Shown: one piece after another, positions 18,943 through 29,208 of the stretch
Numbering within the stretch: the stretch's first letter is position 1
How the letters are laid out: every line of letters starts with the position of its first letter
Source of the DNA: an uncultured Bacilli bacterium
GTDB lineage: Bacteria > Bacillota_I > Bacilli_A > RF39 > UBA660
Assembly (NCBI GenBank): GCA_947632355.1
Contig: CANROY010000001.1
Location: 2,040-66,039, forward strand
Length of the DNA stretch: 64,000 nucleotides
Reading direction: 5' to 3'
The notes under the pieces: generated by a model
Told to the model about the DNA's origin: nothing
Seen by the model: the letters and a program-made list of their open reading frames with translations, nothing else
Databases searched by the model: none
Made by a program: the position numbers and the translations under genes

Positions 18943-19518
18943 TTATAAATTTTGTTCTTTTATCTTATCAATTAACTTCAAAATAGAAGGCTTAATACTT
19001 GTAACAAAATTCTCTTTATCAGCATCCTTAAAAGATATCCATTTTATTCCTTTACTTTCATTTTCTCGATAAATTAATGGTAAATTTTCATCTGCTTCCA
19101 TTAAATAGATAAAATCAAAATGAATATGTGCTGGAACAAACTTTCTTCTTTTGATATGAGAAACTACAGGACCCGAATGAATACCAAAAAAGTTTGTATC
19201 TACTACTTTAGGTTCTATACCCGTTTCCTCTTTTGCTTCTCTTAATGCTACTTTAAGTAAATCACTTTCTCCATCTGCGTGTCCTCCTGGATAAGTCCAA
19301 CCATCTTGAATAATATGATAAACACCTAAAAACTTAGTTCTTTCTTTATTCACTATAAAAGCAGAACTTGTAAAATGGCCAAATAGATTTTCTCTTGTTA
19401 AAGTATTTTGGAATGTAGATATAAACTCTAAAAAATAGTTTTTATCCACTATTTCTTGTTCATTAAAAGGTTTATAATTTTCCAATTGTTCTTTTATATT
19501 CATAGAAAATATCACCAA
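18943..19518 (-). CDS. NUDIX hydrolase
   Basis: Nudix box GGHADGESDLLKVALREAKEETGIE. Confidence 0.8.
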   Translation of the reverse strand: MVIFSMNIKEQLENYKPFNEQEIVDKNYFLEFISTFQNTLTRENLFGHFTSSAFIVNKERTKFLGVYHIIQDGWTYPGGHADGESDLLKVALREAKEETGIEPKVVDTNFFGIHSGPVVSHIKRRKFVPAHIHFDFIYLMEADENLPLIYRENESKGIKWISFKDADKENFVTSIKPSILKLIDKIKEQNL

Positions 19519-19644
19519 CTAATCCTTTAAACTATCTAAAAATAGTATAACATAATTTAAGTGTAATTTTAAAAAATATTACTGTACTATTAACAACTTT
19601 ATATTATTGTAAAAAAATGATATAGTTTATAAAGGGGGAAAAAC

Positions 19645-19932
19645 ATGGCAAGTTCAACTAGTACTATAAATGTACAAGTAGATACAAAAACGAAAAAGGA
19701 AGCATCTAAAATCTTAAAAGATTTAGGTTTAAATATGAGTACTTTTATTAATATGGCATTAATACAAGTCGTAAAAAGAAATGACATTCCTTTTGAAGTA
19801 GAAAATCCAAAACCTAGTAAAGAACTTTTGGAGGCACTAAAAGAAGGTGAAGATATTCTAAATGGAAAAATTAAAACCAAAAAATATCATAGTGCTAAAG
19901 AGTTATTTGAAGATTTAGAAGATGAATCTTAA
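19645..19932 (+). CDS. RelB/DinJ-family antitoxin (orphan, no adjacent toxin)
   Basis: Paralogue of dinJ at 29516..29836 (STNTIISVQIDKKDKEQATKIL vs STSTINVQVDTKTKKEASKIL); RBS AAGGGGG. Confidence 0.65.
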   Translation: MASSTSTINVQVDTKTKKEASKILKDLGLNMSTFINMALIQVVKRNDIPFEVENPKPSKELLEALKEGEDILNGKIKTKKYHSAKELFEDLEDES

Positions 19933-20025
19933 CGTAAAAAATAAGACAATCCATTTCTTTAAATCTTGCTACTATAACATAATTTATACAACTTAAGTAT
20001 ACAATAATAGTAGAAAGGATTTATT

Positions 20026-20478
20026 ATGAAACAATGGATTAAAAATTTATTTTACTTATTTTTTCCTCTACTCATTGGAGGGATTGTTGGTTTTCTTATA
20101 AAAGACGCCATTGACTATACGTCTTTAGTAAGACCACCTCTTGCTCCACCAAAATTATTATTTCCAATTGCTTGGACCATCATTTATTTATTAATGGGTA
20201 TTTCCTACTATCTATTTAAAAAAGAGGATAGTGATGAAGTAACGAGTGTCATTTATTACTTACAACTATTTGTAAATGCCTTATGGAGCATTATCTTCTT
20301 CTTACTAAAATGGCGTTTTGTTGCAATTGTATGGATTCTACTTCTTGATTTACTAGTAATCTTACTCATCTACTTATTCAATCAAAGAAAAAAGATAAGT
20401 GCCCTTTTAAATATCCCTTATCTTTTATGGATACTCTTTGCAACTTATCTAACGATTGGTATTTTTATCTTAAACTAA
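20026..20478 (+). CDS. tspO: TspO/MBR family tryptophan-rich sensory protein
   Basis: 5-TM 150-aa protein with PPLAPP..FPIAWTIIYLLMG motif. Confidence 0.8.
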   Translation: MKQWIKNLFYLFFPLLIGGIVGFLIKDAIDYTSLVRPPLAPPKLLFPIAWTIIYLLMGISYYLFKKEDSDEVTSVIYYLQLFVNALWSIIFFLLKWRFVAIVWILLLDLLVILLIYLFNQRKKISALLNIPYLLWILFATYLTIGIFILN

Positions 20479-21086
20479 ACTTCTTTATGAAGTTTTTTTA
20501 ATGCTTTACTATAGAAAAATAAAATAATGATAGAACATAAGAATCCTGTAAAAACATCACTAAAATAATGAACACCTACATAAATTCTACTAAAACCAAC
20601 AAGTAATATTAAAAGACTTAAAAGCGTAATACCCATAACTTTCCAAGACTTTTGTACCTTACTTTTATAAAGCATATAAATTAAGAAGCCATAAAACGTC
20701 ATTGTCGCCATTGCGTGTCCACTTGGAAAACTATACGATTTTTCATATGCTAAATTAAGAATAGTCATCAAAGCAGGTCTTGGTCTTCTAAAGATAACCT
20801 TTAAAACATTATTTATAATCGTCGAAAGAATAATGGCACCATATAAATCAAGTAATTGTTTTTTATTCTTGTAAAATATAAGAAACAAAACACAAAGTCC
20901 TACAATCACCGCCGTGCTACCAAATCTCGTAATCACTAATAAAATACTCGTTAGCCAATTCGTACGAAGGATATGGTCATATATAAAGGTATCAATGACA
21001 TCATAACGATTGGTTGCTACCAAAAACATATTCATAAGGACAAGCAAAATAGGCACAATAATCCAATAGTCTCTTTTAGCATTCAT
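20475..21086 (-). CDS. PAP2-family phosphatase (phosphatidic acid/undecaprenyl-PP phosphatase-like)
   Basis: KVIFRRPRP, PSGHAMATM, SRIYVGVHYFSDV PAP2 motifs. Confidence 0.85.
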   Translation of the reverse strand: MNAKRDYWIIVPILLVLMNMFLVATNRYDVIDTFIYDHILRTNWLTSILLVITRFGSTAVIVGLCVLFLIFYKNKKQLLDLYGAIILSTIINNVLKVIFRRPRPALMTILNLAYEKSYSFPSGHAMATMTFYGFLIYMLYKSKVQKSWKVMGITLLSLLILLVGFSRIYVGVHYFSDVFTGFLCSIIILFFYSKALKKLHKEV

Positions 21087-22928
21087 CTAAATTTCCTCCT
21101 CGTTTATAAAAAAGATTTCATACCATTTCAAAAAGGAATAAATGGTCCATACTTTTTTATACGTATCTTTCTTTTTCTTCTTATGCAAATCAAGTAATTT
21201 TATGATATAGCTTTGGTTAAAAAACTTCCCTGCATAATCCGTTAAGAACGTATTCTTAACCTCATTATACACATCTTCTTCTCTTAACCACTCACGTAAA
21301 GGAACTGGAAATCCTAGTTTTTTCTTTTTATAGGATTCGTTTGGAATTTCTTTTTGGGCAGCACTTCTTAGTGCCACTTTCGTATTCTCTTTAGTTACCT
21401 TATCTTCTTCTGTTAATCGACTCGCAACACGAAAAACTTCTTTATCAATAAAAGGAACTCTTCCTTCAATGGAATTCGCCATGGTCATACGGTCCGCTTT
21501 TTGTAAAATATCTTTGATTAACCAAAAATGAATATCTATGGCTTGTTTTTTGGTGATATTGTCCTTATTTTGCACTGTTTTAAATACCGGTGCTGTCAAA
21601 GTTTTATTCTCAATCGTATCCTGAATTTTTAAAACTTTTTTACGTTCTTGTTCACTAAAGACTTTATTAACACCAATGTAATCGTTTTCTAATTTCATAC
21701 CACGTCTTACCACAAAATTTCGTCCACTAAACTCGGGTAGTAATTTAAAAACTAATGCCGCTAGATGGCGTAAAGGATAAGGAATTTTGTTGTACCACTT
21801 TAAATCCACTTCTTCTCGGTAATTGTTATACCCTCCAAAAAATTCATCTGCTCCTTCTCCTGATAAAACAACTTTAACATCTTCACTTGCTAACTTAGCA
21901 ACAAAATAAAGCATGATACTTGCGGGGTCGCTAGAAGGCTCATCCATATAATAAAGAATTTTGGGTATAATTTCCAAATACTCTTCCTTGGTTATTTTCT
22001 TACTTGTATTATGAATATTTAACTTCTCTGCTAAATCACGAGCGTACTCAATTTCATTGTATTTTGGATTGTCATAACCAACGGTATAGGTTTTATCAGG
22101 TCTTGCCAAACTGACAATATAGGATGAATCAATACCACTTGATAGGAAGGAACCAACTTCTACATCACTTAACATATGGTAATCCACGGATTCTTTCATG
22201 GTTTCATTAATTTCCTCTACTACTTTATTAAAATCTCGTTTCTCCGGATTAAACTCAATTTCATAGTACTTTTCCATTTTTATTTTTCCATCTTGATACA
22301 CCAAATAACTACCCGGTTCTAAACGATAAACACCTTTAAAGAATGTCTCATTTGTAGGGGTAAAACTAAAAGACAAATAAGGGCCTAGAATCTCCTCATT
22401 GAGTTCTTTTTTAAAATCAGGGTGCTCTAAAAAAGACTTAATTTCACTAGCAAAGAGAAACGTACTATCCGTTTGATAGTAGTAAAAAGGTTTTATACCA
22501 AAATTATCTCTTGCACAAAATAATGTATTTGTTTTACTATCCCAAATCGCAAAAGCAAACATTCCACGTAATTTTTTGGGTAGTTCAACTCCCCACTCTT
22601 CATATCCGTGTAGTAACACTTCTGTATCACTATTGGTCTTAAACGTATGATGATGCTTTAACTCTTCTTTTAACTCAATATAGTTATAAATTTCACCATT
22701 GAAAACGATAACCAAATCTCCAGTTTCGTTATACATGGGTTGAGAACCTAAAGATAAATCAATAATTGATAATCTTCTATGTCCTAAAGCCACTTCATCC
22801 GTAACATAATACCCTTCTCCATCTGGTCCACGGTGTTTGATACGGTCGGCCATTTTCTTAATAAGAACTTCTTTTTCTTGTTTAGTTTTCTTATCTATAA
22901 ATCCAACAATTCCACACATCTTATTCAC
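21087..22928 (-). CDS. asnB: Asparagine synthase (glutamine-hydrolysing)
   Basis: N-terminal MCGIVGF Ntn-amidotransferase nucleophile; SGGIDSS PP-loop. Confidence 0.9.
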   Translation of the reverse strand: MNKMCGIVGFIDKKTKQEKEVLIKKMADRIKHRGPDGEGYYVTDEVALGHRRLSIIDLSLGSQPMYNETGDLVIVFNGEIYNYIELKEELKHHHTFKTNSDTEVLLHGYEEWGVELPKKLRGMFAFAIWDSKTNTLFCARDNFGIKPFYYYQTDSTFLFASEIKSFLEHPDFKKELNEEILGPYLSFSFTPTNETFFKGVYRLEPGSYLVYQDGKIKMEKYYEIEFNPEKRDFNKVVEEINETMKESVDYHMLSDVEVGSFLSSGIDSSYIVSLARPDKTYTVGYDNPKYNEIEYARDLAEKLNIHNTSKKITKEEYLEIIPKILYYMDEPSSDPASIMLYFVAKLASEDVKVVLSGEGADEFFGGYNNYREEVDLKWYNKIPYPLRHLAALVFKLLPEFSGRNFVVRRGMKLENDYIGVNKVFSEQERKKVLKIQDTIENKTLTAPVFKTVQNKDNITKKQAIDIHFWLIKDILQKADRMTMANSIEGRVPFIDKEVFRVASRLTEEDKVTKENTKVALRSAAQKEIPNESYKKKKLGFPVPLREWLREEDVYNEVKNTFLTDYAGKFFNQSYIIKLLDLHKKKKKDTYKKVWTIYSFLKWYEIFFINEEEI

Positions 22929-24840
22929 CCTCTTCTAAATTAAGACGACTATAAATATCTTTTTCTAACAACAACTTACTAATCGTAAAACTATTGGCAA
23001 TCCTTGTATTCATACTTGCAATATACGCATCATCCGCATCTCCTACAAAGCCTTTATTACTAAAGTAAGTCCCTTTATCACTTCTCCAACTACGACTGGC
23101 AAAGATAGCAAGACCTTCTGCATCACTAAAGATATCGTTTCCAATGAGCATTCTAGAATCATACTCAATTCCAAATAAATTTAAAATCGTTGGTAAAACA
23201 TCAATTTGACTTGCAACTTTATCCACTTCTACGTGTTTGTTATTCGTATTCCAAATAATTAAATTACTATGATTGACTTCCACCATTTCATCTCTTTTGT
23301 AAGTAGAGATTTCATTGACTTCCTCTTCCGTAAACACATAAGGATAGTGGTCTCCCGTTAATACAAGAACAGTATCTCCTAAAATACCTGCGTTTTCTAA
23401 ATCCGCAATTAATGTTTCTAGAGCATATTCAAGTTCCATTTGTGCAGCAAGATATGCTTTTACGGTATCACTATACGGTAGGTCCTTTACAACATCCTTA
23501 TTCTTAATCGCCATTCGATTACCACCAGTGAAATTATAAGGAGCGTGTCCACTCACCGTAATATAATACGTTACAAATGGAGCATTTCCTTTATAGGTAT
23601 CAAAGGTAGCATTAATCATTTCTACATCACTTGGAAGCCAACTACAATTGATTTTCTTCTCCATACCATTTTGGCAACCCATAAAATTATTGAAACCAAG
23701 CGTTGGCATGGTAATATGTCTACTGTAATACTTATAAAACCAATTGTGATAACTAAATGTATTATAACCAAGTCTACCAAAACTATTACCAATAGCATAG
23801 TAAATATTTGGGTGTTGGTTTCGCCATAGACTTAAGATTTCTTGTGTAGGAACTAAACTTGTCATCGCTTGGAATTCTCCTCCAGTGGTACTTAAAAATT
23901 CTGGAGAATAGTAATTATTAAATTGAAAACCTTCATGAATTAATTTGTATAAAGTTGGTGTTCTTGCTTCATCTACAGCAATCGAATTAAACCCTTCTGC
24001 TAAGATAAAAATTAAATTCTTACCCTTATACATTCCGGTATATTGGTTTTTATTTGTTGGGGCTTTATTTTTTAAATACTCATAAACACTTTTTACTTCT
24101 TCATCTTTTTCGTTGGCAATCAATGTATCAAAATCAATATCCAATTTGTTATACTCTACGGTTTCTTCTTTTGTATCGACTTTGTTTTCACTCACAATCT
24201 TTTCTTCAAAACCAAATAGACTTCTTTTTAAACCTAATCTTTGGGTTGTAAACATACCTAAAATTTCTGCAGAAGTTGTAATAGAATCCAAATTATAATA
24301 TAAGTTATAAGGAGAATACAAAGAAGTTTTATCTAGATTTAAAGAGAATAATGCACCCATATAAAGAAGAACACTTGCCAAAAATAGAACAACTTTTCTA
24401 CTTATCTTTTTCTTTTCATACAAAATATTCTTTCGATAAAGTAAGAACAAAACAAAAGGTAGTAAAAATAAAAGAATCGGAATAAGGTCAGTATTGACTA
24501 AATGAAGTCCTATTTCATAAAAACTTAAAGCATTACTTACTAGTTCTAAATCTCGTATAGAAAAAGGAACGGAAAATAAAGAACAATATAAAAAGTTATA
24601 CAAATAAAATGCCGTTGTTAAAACAAACAAAAACAAAGTAATTCTTCTATTTACTTTTTCGCTTCCTAAAGAACTTAAAAAAGAAAATAAAAAAGAAAGA
24701 CTTGCACTAAACAAAAGAACTACTAAAAATTCTTTGCTTGGTAATTTATTAAACATTAATAGTTTATTAATGAGTTCTAAATACGTAATTAGTAAAAAAT
24801 AAAGTAAAAATGTAGAGCACTTTTTTTTCATATCTTTCAC
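22921..24840 (-). CDS. LTA synthase family protein (polytopic N-terminus plus extracellular sulfatase domain)
   Basis: 5 N-terminal TM helices; C-terminal alkaline-phosphatase-like sulfatase domain typical of LtaS. Confidence 0.8.
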   Translation of the reverse strand: MKDMKKKCSTFLLYFLLITYLELINKLLMFNKLPSKEFLVVLLFSASLSFLFSFLSSLGSEKVNRRITLFLFVLTTAFYLYNFLYCSLFSVPFSIRDLELVSNALSFYEIGLHLVNTDLIPILLFLLPFVLFLLYRKNILYEKKKISRKVVLFLASVLLYMGALFSLNLDKTSLYSPYNLYYNLDSITTSAEILGMFTTQRLGLKRSLFGFEEKIVSENKVDTKEETVEYNKLDIDFDTLIANEKDEEVKSVYEYLKNKAPTNKNQYTGMYKGKNLIFILAEGFNSIAVDEARTPTLYKLIHEGFQFNNYYSPEFLSTTGGEFQAMTSLVPTQEILSLWRNQHPNIYYAIGNSFGRLGYNTFSYHNWFYKYYSRHITMPTLGFNNFMGCQNGMEKKINCSWLPSDVEMINATFDTYKGNAPFVTYYITVSGHAPYNFTGGNRMAIKNKDVVKDLPYSDTVKAYLAAQMELEYALETLIADLENAGILGDTVLVLTGDHYPYVFTEEEVNEISTYKRDEMVEVNHSNLIIWNTNNKHVEVDKVASQIDVLPTILNLFGIEYDSRMLIGNDIFSDAEGLAIFASRSWRSDKGTYFSNKGFVGDADDAYIASMNTRIANSFTISKLLLEKDIYSRLNLEEGE

Positions 24841-24877
24841 CTTTTTTATTATAACACAAATTACTTAGTAAAAACAT

Positions 24878-24935
24878 CTTTTGTCTAGTTTTGTCGAAAG
24901 CCTTGTAAAATAAAAAATAAGCTTTATAATAACGT
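24878..24935 (+). promoter_or_regulatory. Repeated promoter module TTTTGTCTAGTTGTGTCGAAACGCTTGAAA..TATAATAAC (copy 1, degenerate)
   Basis: Three copies (24878, 25081, 41582); TTGAAA-17-TATAAT with a conserved upstream box. Confidence 0.5.
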
Positions 24936-25080
24936 CTCGTGTTACCGAAAAAATCAATCAAAATTTCTTTTAATTCACATAAAACATCCTTTTTTATTTA
25001 TTCCTATTTTTATATATGGTAACACAAAAAAACTTTGTAATTTTCCTATTTGCAAAGTTTTTTATTTTATTTGAAAAAAA

Positions 25081-25140
25081 CTTTTGTCTAGTTGTGTCGA
25101 AACGCTTGAAATATATATTTTTATCTATATAATAACTTCC
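25081..25140 (+). promoter_or_regulatory. Repeated promoter module (copy 2) upstream of the first Rpn paralogue
   Basis: TTGTGTCGAAACGCTTGAAATATATATTTTTATCTATATAATAAC. Confidence 0.6.
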
Positions 25141-25246
25141 CGTTACCGTGAAAGGGTGGCGCTACTACAATTTTTATCTTTTATAATTTGGGGGTTTTGG
25201 TTGTTTATTATTCTTCCAAATCTATAAATAGAAAGGATTGATAGTT

Positions 25247-25333
25247 ATGACGAAGAATGAATCACATCATTTACTTGTTGTTCTACTCGTTGTTATAGTT
25301 ATGCTTTTCGTAATTATTTTACGATTAACATAA
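25247..25333 (+). CDS. Candidate 28-aa hydrophobic peptide ([28 protein letters not shown]), type-I-toxin-like or leader peptide
   Basis: RBS GAAAGGA 8 nt upstream; single TM helix; followed by two perfect hairpins (25341-25377, 25378-25403); present only in copy 2 of the Rpn upstream module. Confidence 0.3.
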   Translation: MTKNESHHLLVVLLVVIVMLFVIILRLT

Positions 25334-25418
25334 AAAAGCGCCATATCATAAGAGAAATTCTTATGATATAACGCCAAAAACCTTTAAGGCGTTACTTTAT
25401 TTCGGTAACACTTATATT

Positions 25419-26297
25419 TTGATTATAATAAATATTTTATCTTTTAGCAAGGGGGAATGTATATTGAAAACGAAAGAAATAAGATATTTAAAAGATGAGT
25501 ATGCAAAAAAACTATTAAAGGAAGAAGATTGTAAGGAATATGTTGCTAGTATTATTGCTTCTGTCTTAGATTTACCAAAAGACTATGTAGTAAATAACCT
25601 AAAACTATTGAATAATGAAATTAATATCAATGAACATGTAAAGAACCAAGAAGCCGATGCTGTTTTTGATTTAGATGAACATATCGTAAATATTGAGATT
25701 AATTATAACAATAGTATAGAGTTGCAAACTAAAAATACTGGCTATATTGCACAACTCTATCTAACTCAAATTAAACCTGGAGAAAACTATCCCAAAATTA
25801 AACCGATTGTCCAAATAAACCTGAACAACTATGATGTATTTAATAAAAATGAATTTATCTATCATAGTGTTGTAATGGAAACAAAACATCACATCATTCG
25901 TAACAAAGATATTGAAATCTTTGATATAAATATAGATTTATTAAATGAAATCGATTATAATGAAATTGAGAAATTAAATGAAAGGGATTTAAGATGGCTT
26001 TTATACATCTTTGTATGTGGAGATAAAAGGCTACGAGAAGAGGTTTATGGGGAGAGTGAAATGATGAAGAAGGTAAATGACAAAATAGATAACTATCAAG
26101 CATTTCTAAATCAATGGTTATACTATGACAAAGAATATCTTGATAATTGTGGTTTTGAAGAGTTAGGTAGACAAAAAGCAAAAAAAGAAACAGCAAAGAA
26201 ACTCTTACAAATGAAACTAGGAACTGCCGAACAAATAGCAGAAGCAACAGGTTTAACACTAGATGAAATAGAAGATTTAAAAAAGGAAAAAGATTAA
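25419..26297 (+). CDS. Rpn-family recombination-promoting nuclease/putative transposase (PD-(D/E)XK, YhgA-like); start probably TTG at 25464
   Basis: Paralogue of 41704..42534 (identical C-terminal TAKKLLQMKLGT.EQIAEATGLTLDEIEDLKKEKD); RBS AAGGGGGA before TTG 25464. Confidence 0.75.
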   Translation: MIIINILSFSKGECILKTKEIRYLKDEYAKKLLKEEDCKEYVASIIASVLDLPKDYVVNNLKLLNNEININEHVKNQEADAVFDLDEHIVNIEINYNNSIELQTKNTGYIAQLYLTQIKPGENYPKIKPIVQINLNNYDVFNKNEFIYHSVVMETKHHIIRNKDIEIFDINIDLLNEIDYNEIEKLNERDLRWLLYIFVCGDKRLREEVYGESEMMKKVNDKIDNYQAFLNQWLYYDKEYLDNCGFEELGRQKAKKETAKKLLQMKLGTAEQIAEATGLTLDEIEDLKKEKD

Positions 26298-26305
26298 CGT
26301 TAAAG

Positions 26306-26338
26306 CAAAAAGTTTGCAATCGATTGCAAACTTTTTAT
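26306..26338. terminator. Bidirectional terminator (perfect palindrome AAAAGTTTGCAATCGATTGCAAACTTTTT)
   Basis: Between convergent Rpn and tex genes. Confidence 0.8.
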
Positions 26339-26360
26339 ATTTTTACATAAAATTAGCAGT

Positions 26361-28472
26361 TTATATCAAACTTAAATTCACTTTCTCTTTTTCCTTATCG
26401 ATAGATTCCACCGTACAAGTAACAATATCTCCGATATGTACCACATCCAAAGGATTTTTAACAAAATCTTTACTCAACTTAGAAATATGAATTAATCCAT
26501 CATTATGAAGTCCAATATCCACAAATGCCCCAAAAGACACCACATTACGAATTGTCCCCGTAAGTTCCATTCCTACTTTCAAATCATCAATCGTTAACAC
26601 ATCACTTTTTAAAAGTACATCCTCTAAACTATCCCTTGGGTCAAGTCCCGGTGTAAGTAGTTCTTTTAGTATATCTTCTACGGTATAAATATCGGCATTT
26701 AATTTCTTACTTAAACTTTTTGCATCCGCACTTTCCACTACACTCTTAAAGTGCTCATCCTTCTTATTTAAATCCAAATCTAAAGAATCTAGTATCTTCA
26801 TCGTAAGAGCATAACTCTCTGGATGGATTTTTGTTTTATCAAGTGGATTATCCCCATCATTAATTCTTAAAAAACCAATCGCTTGCTCATAGATTTTATC
26901 GGAAATCCCAGTAAGTTTTTTAATTTCTTCCCTATTTTTAAAAGAATGCTCTTTCTTAAACTTTATAATACTCTCAATACATTTTTTATTTAATCCAGAA
27001 ATATACTTTAAAATACTTTCACTTGCTGTATTAATATTCACACCCACTTCATTTACAATTTTCGATACAGTAAAATCTAAGGCTTCTGCTAAATCCGTTT
27101 GATTAACATCGTGTTGGTATTCTCCAACCCCAATACTTTTCGGGTCAATTTTTACAAGTTCTGATAAAGGGTCTTGTATTCTTCTACCAATCGAAATCGC
27201 ACTTCTTTTTTCAACCGTTAAATCTGGAAATTCACTAATCGCTAACTTACTTGCCGAATACACACTTGCACCTGCTTCACTCACTAAATTGTATTGAACC
27301 TCTAAACCTTTAATGGCTTCTGCTACAAAAAATTCACTTTCACGAGAAGCCGTTCCATTTCCAATCGCAATAATATTGGCATTATACTTTGTAATTAACT
27401 CTCTAAGCGTTTTTGTTGCCTCTACAACCTTTTTATGAGGTTCGTGAGGATAAATCGTTGCAATCTCTAAAACTTCTCCATATGGGTTTAAAACAGCCAG
27501 TTTACAGCCGGTACGAAAAGCAGGGTCAAAACCAATTACTGTTTTATTCTTAATTGGTTTCGTCATCAATAATTTCTCTAAATTCTCCTTAAACGTTTTA
27601 ATTGCTTCATGACTAGCACTCTCAAACAACTCTGCTCTTATTTCTCTTTCGACACTTGGTAAAATTAATCTTTTTAAAGCATCTTTAATAGCATCTAGAA
27701 CAATAGGAACCACAAACGAATCCTTATTCTTAATCACTCTTTCTTTATATAACTCTAAAATCTTATCTTCATCATACGTAAGACTTACTGATAAAATACC
27801 CTCTTTTTCTCCACGATTCATAGCAAGAACACGATAATGTTTTACATACTTAATACGTTCACTAAAATCATAATACATTTCATAAACTTTTTTTACGTCT
27901 TCACTATTCTTTTTCTTCTTACTTGTAATAAAACCCGTATTAAATATCAATTGTCTTACTCTACTTCTTAAACTAGCATTATCACTAATCCATTCACTAA
28001 TAATATAGGAAGCATTTACAACAGCTTTATCTATATCCATTCCAAAACCACTTGCTAAAGACTCTATACTTCCATTCGTTGGAAAAGCCATGATTTTCTT
28101 TGCTAATGGTTCTAAACCTAACTTAATCGCTTCTGTTGCTTTTGTTTTCTTTTTCTCTTTAAATGGTCTATATAAATCTTCTACTTCTACTAACTTTTCA
28201 CAAGCCTTAATCTTTGCTTCTAATTCATCAGTTAATAAATCTTTTTCTTTTATAAGTCGTAGAACATCTTCTTTTCTTTTTTCTAAATTACATAAATATT
28301 TATAACTTTGTTCTATTTCACCAATTTGTTCTTCATTTAAAGCCCCTGTTACTTCTTTTCTATATCTAGCAATAAAGGGTATTGTACAATCTTCACTCAA
28401 TAACTTTAAAACCGCTTGTACTTGTTCTTTTTTTATATTTAGATCATTTGCTAATTTATTTACTATGTCCAT
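26361..28472 (-). CDS. tex: Transcription accessory protein Tex (YqgF/HhH/S1 domains)
   Basis: N-terminal LNIKKEQVQAVLKLLSEDCTIPFIARYRKE Tex signature; C-terminal S1 domain. Confidence 0.9.
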   Translation of the reverse strand: MDIVNKLANDLNIKKEQVQAVLKLLSEDCTIPFIARYRKEVTGALNEEQIGEIEQSYKYLCNLEKRKEDVLRLIKEKDLLTDELEAKIKACEKLVEVEDLYRPFKEKKKTKATEAIKLGLEPLAKKIMAFPTNGSIESLASGFGMDIDKAVVNASYIISEWISDNASLRSRVRQLIFNTGFITSKKKKNSEDVKKVYEMYYDFSERIKYVKHYRVLAMNRGEKEGILSVSLTYDEDKILELYKERVIKNKDSFVVPIVLDAIKDALKRLILPSVEREIRAELFESASHEAIKTFKENLEKLLMTKPIKNKTVIGFDPAFRTGCKLAVLNPYGEVLEIATIYPHEPHKKVVEATKTLRELITKYNANIIAIGNGTASRESEFFVAEAIKGLEVQYNLVSEAGASVYSASKLAISEFPDLTVEKRSAISIGRRIQDPLSELVKIDPKSIGVGEYQHDVNQTDLAEALDFTVSKIVNEVGVNINTASESILKYISGLNKKCIESIIKFKKEHSFKNREEIKKLTGISDKIYEQAIGFLRINDGDNPLDKTKIHPESYALTMKILDSLDLDLNKKDEHFKSVVESADAKSLSKKLNADIYTVEDILKELLTPGLDPRDSLEDVLLKSDVLTIDDLKVGMELTGTIRNVVSFGAFVDIGLHNDGLIHISKLSKDFVKNPLDVVHIGDIVTCTVESIDKEKEKVNLSLI

Positions 28473-28517
28473 CTATATTCCTCCAAAAAAATAAGATATA
28501 GAGTTTTCTATATCTTA

Positions 28518-29057
28518 CTAAAGTCCTCTAATAAATATTTGACCACTTATTGCTTTTCCCATATCACCACTTTGGTCTTCACTTGTATTTTGATATGTAA
28601 TCGTTAATTTATAATTCTTTGTTTCACCATTTTTTACGGTAACTGAATTTTTACTTAAATCAGCACTAGCCTGAGTACCACTTGGAAACTGTCCATCACC
28701 AATTTGTTGATTTTCCTCAGTTAATACGTAAGTAATATCTTCTGGATGAGTAAAGTCATTTTTTAAATTCAATACCGCAATATAAAAACTCAAATCAGGT
28801 CCATTATTCGTAATTGAAAATGTTTTTTCAAATGTATCTCCAGGTATCATTGTTACAGTAAGAGCACCATCATCTTTTAATGTTGTTTCTACTTTTGCTG
28901 TTACGTTATTGACTTCAACGGTATCACCTTCAGTGTTTGTTTTTGCAGTATAAAAAGCATAACTTGCTGCAGATATTGCTGCTATAAATACTATCACTGC
29001 TACTATTGATATAATAAGAGTTTTTTTATTGTCTGACATATAATCACCCATTCTCAT
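28518..29057 (-). CDS. TasA/camelysin-family secreted protein with SipW-cognate-type signal peptide
   Basis: Signal ...AAISAASYAFYTAKTN; IPGDTFEKTFSITNNGPDLSFYIAV matches the TasA KPGDKLTKDFQFENNGSL region; C-terminal DQSGDMGKAIS motif shared with 32601..33485. Confidence 0.65.
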   Translation of the reverse strand: MRMGDYMSDNKKTLIISIVAVIVFIAAISAASYAFYTAKTNTEGDTVEVNNVTAKVETTLKDDGALTVTMIPGDTFEKTFSITNNGPDLSFYIAVLNLKNDFTHPEDITYVLTEENQQIGDGQFPSGTQASADLSKNSVTVKNGETKNYKLTITYQNTSEDQSGDMGKAISGQIFIRGL

Positions 29058-29208
29058 AACTTTATTATCTATTATTCTCGTTTTTTTGTCAATTATTATT
29101 CCCTTTTGTTGACATTATAGTATTAAACTCCGTTGTATTCTTTGATATTACAATTGTCAAGTTTTAAAAATATAATTACACATGCTACAAATATATAAAG
29201 ATTACTTA

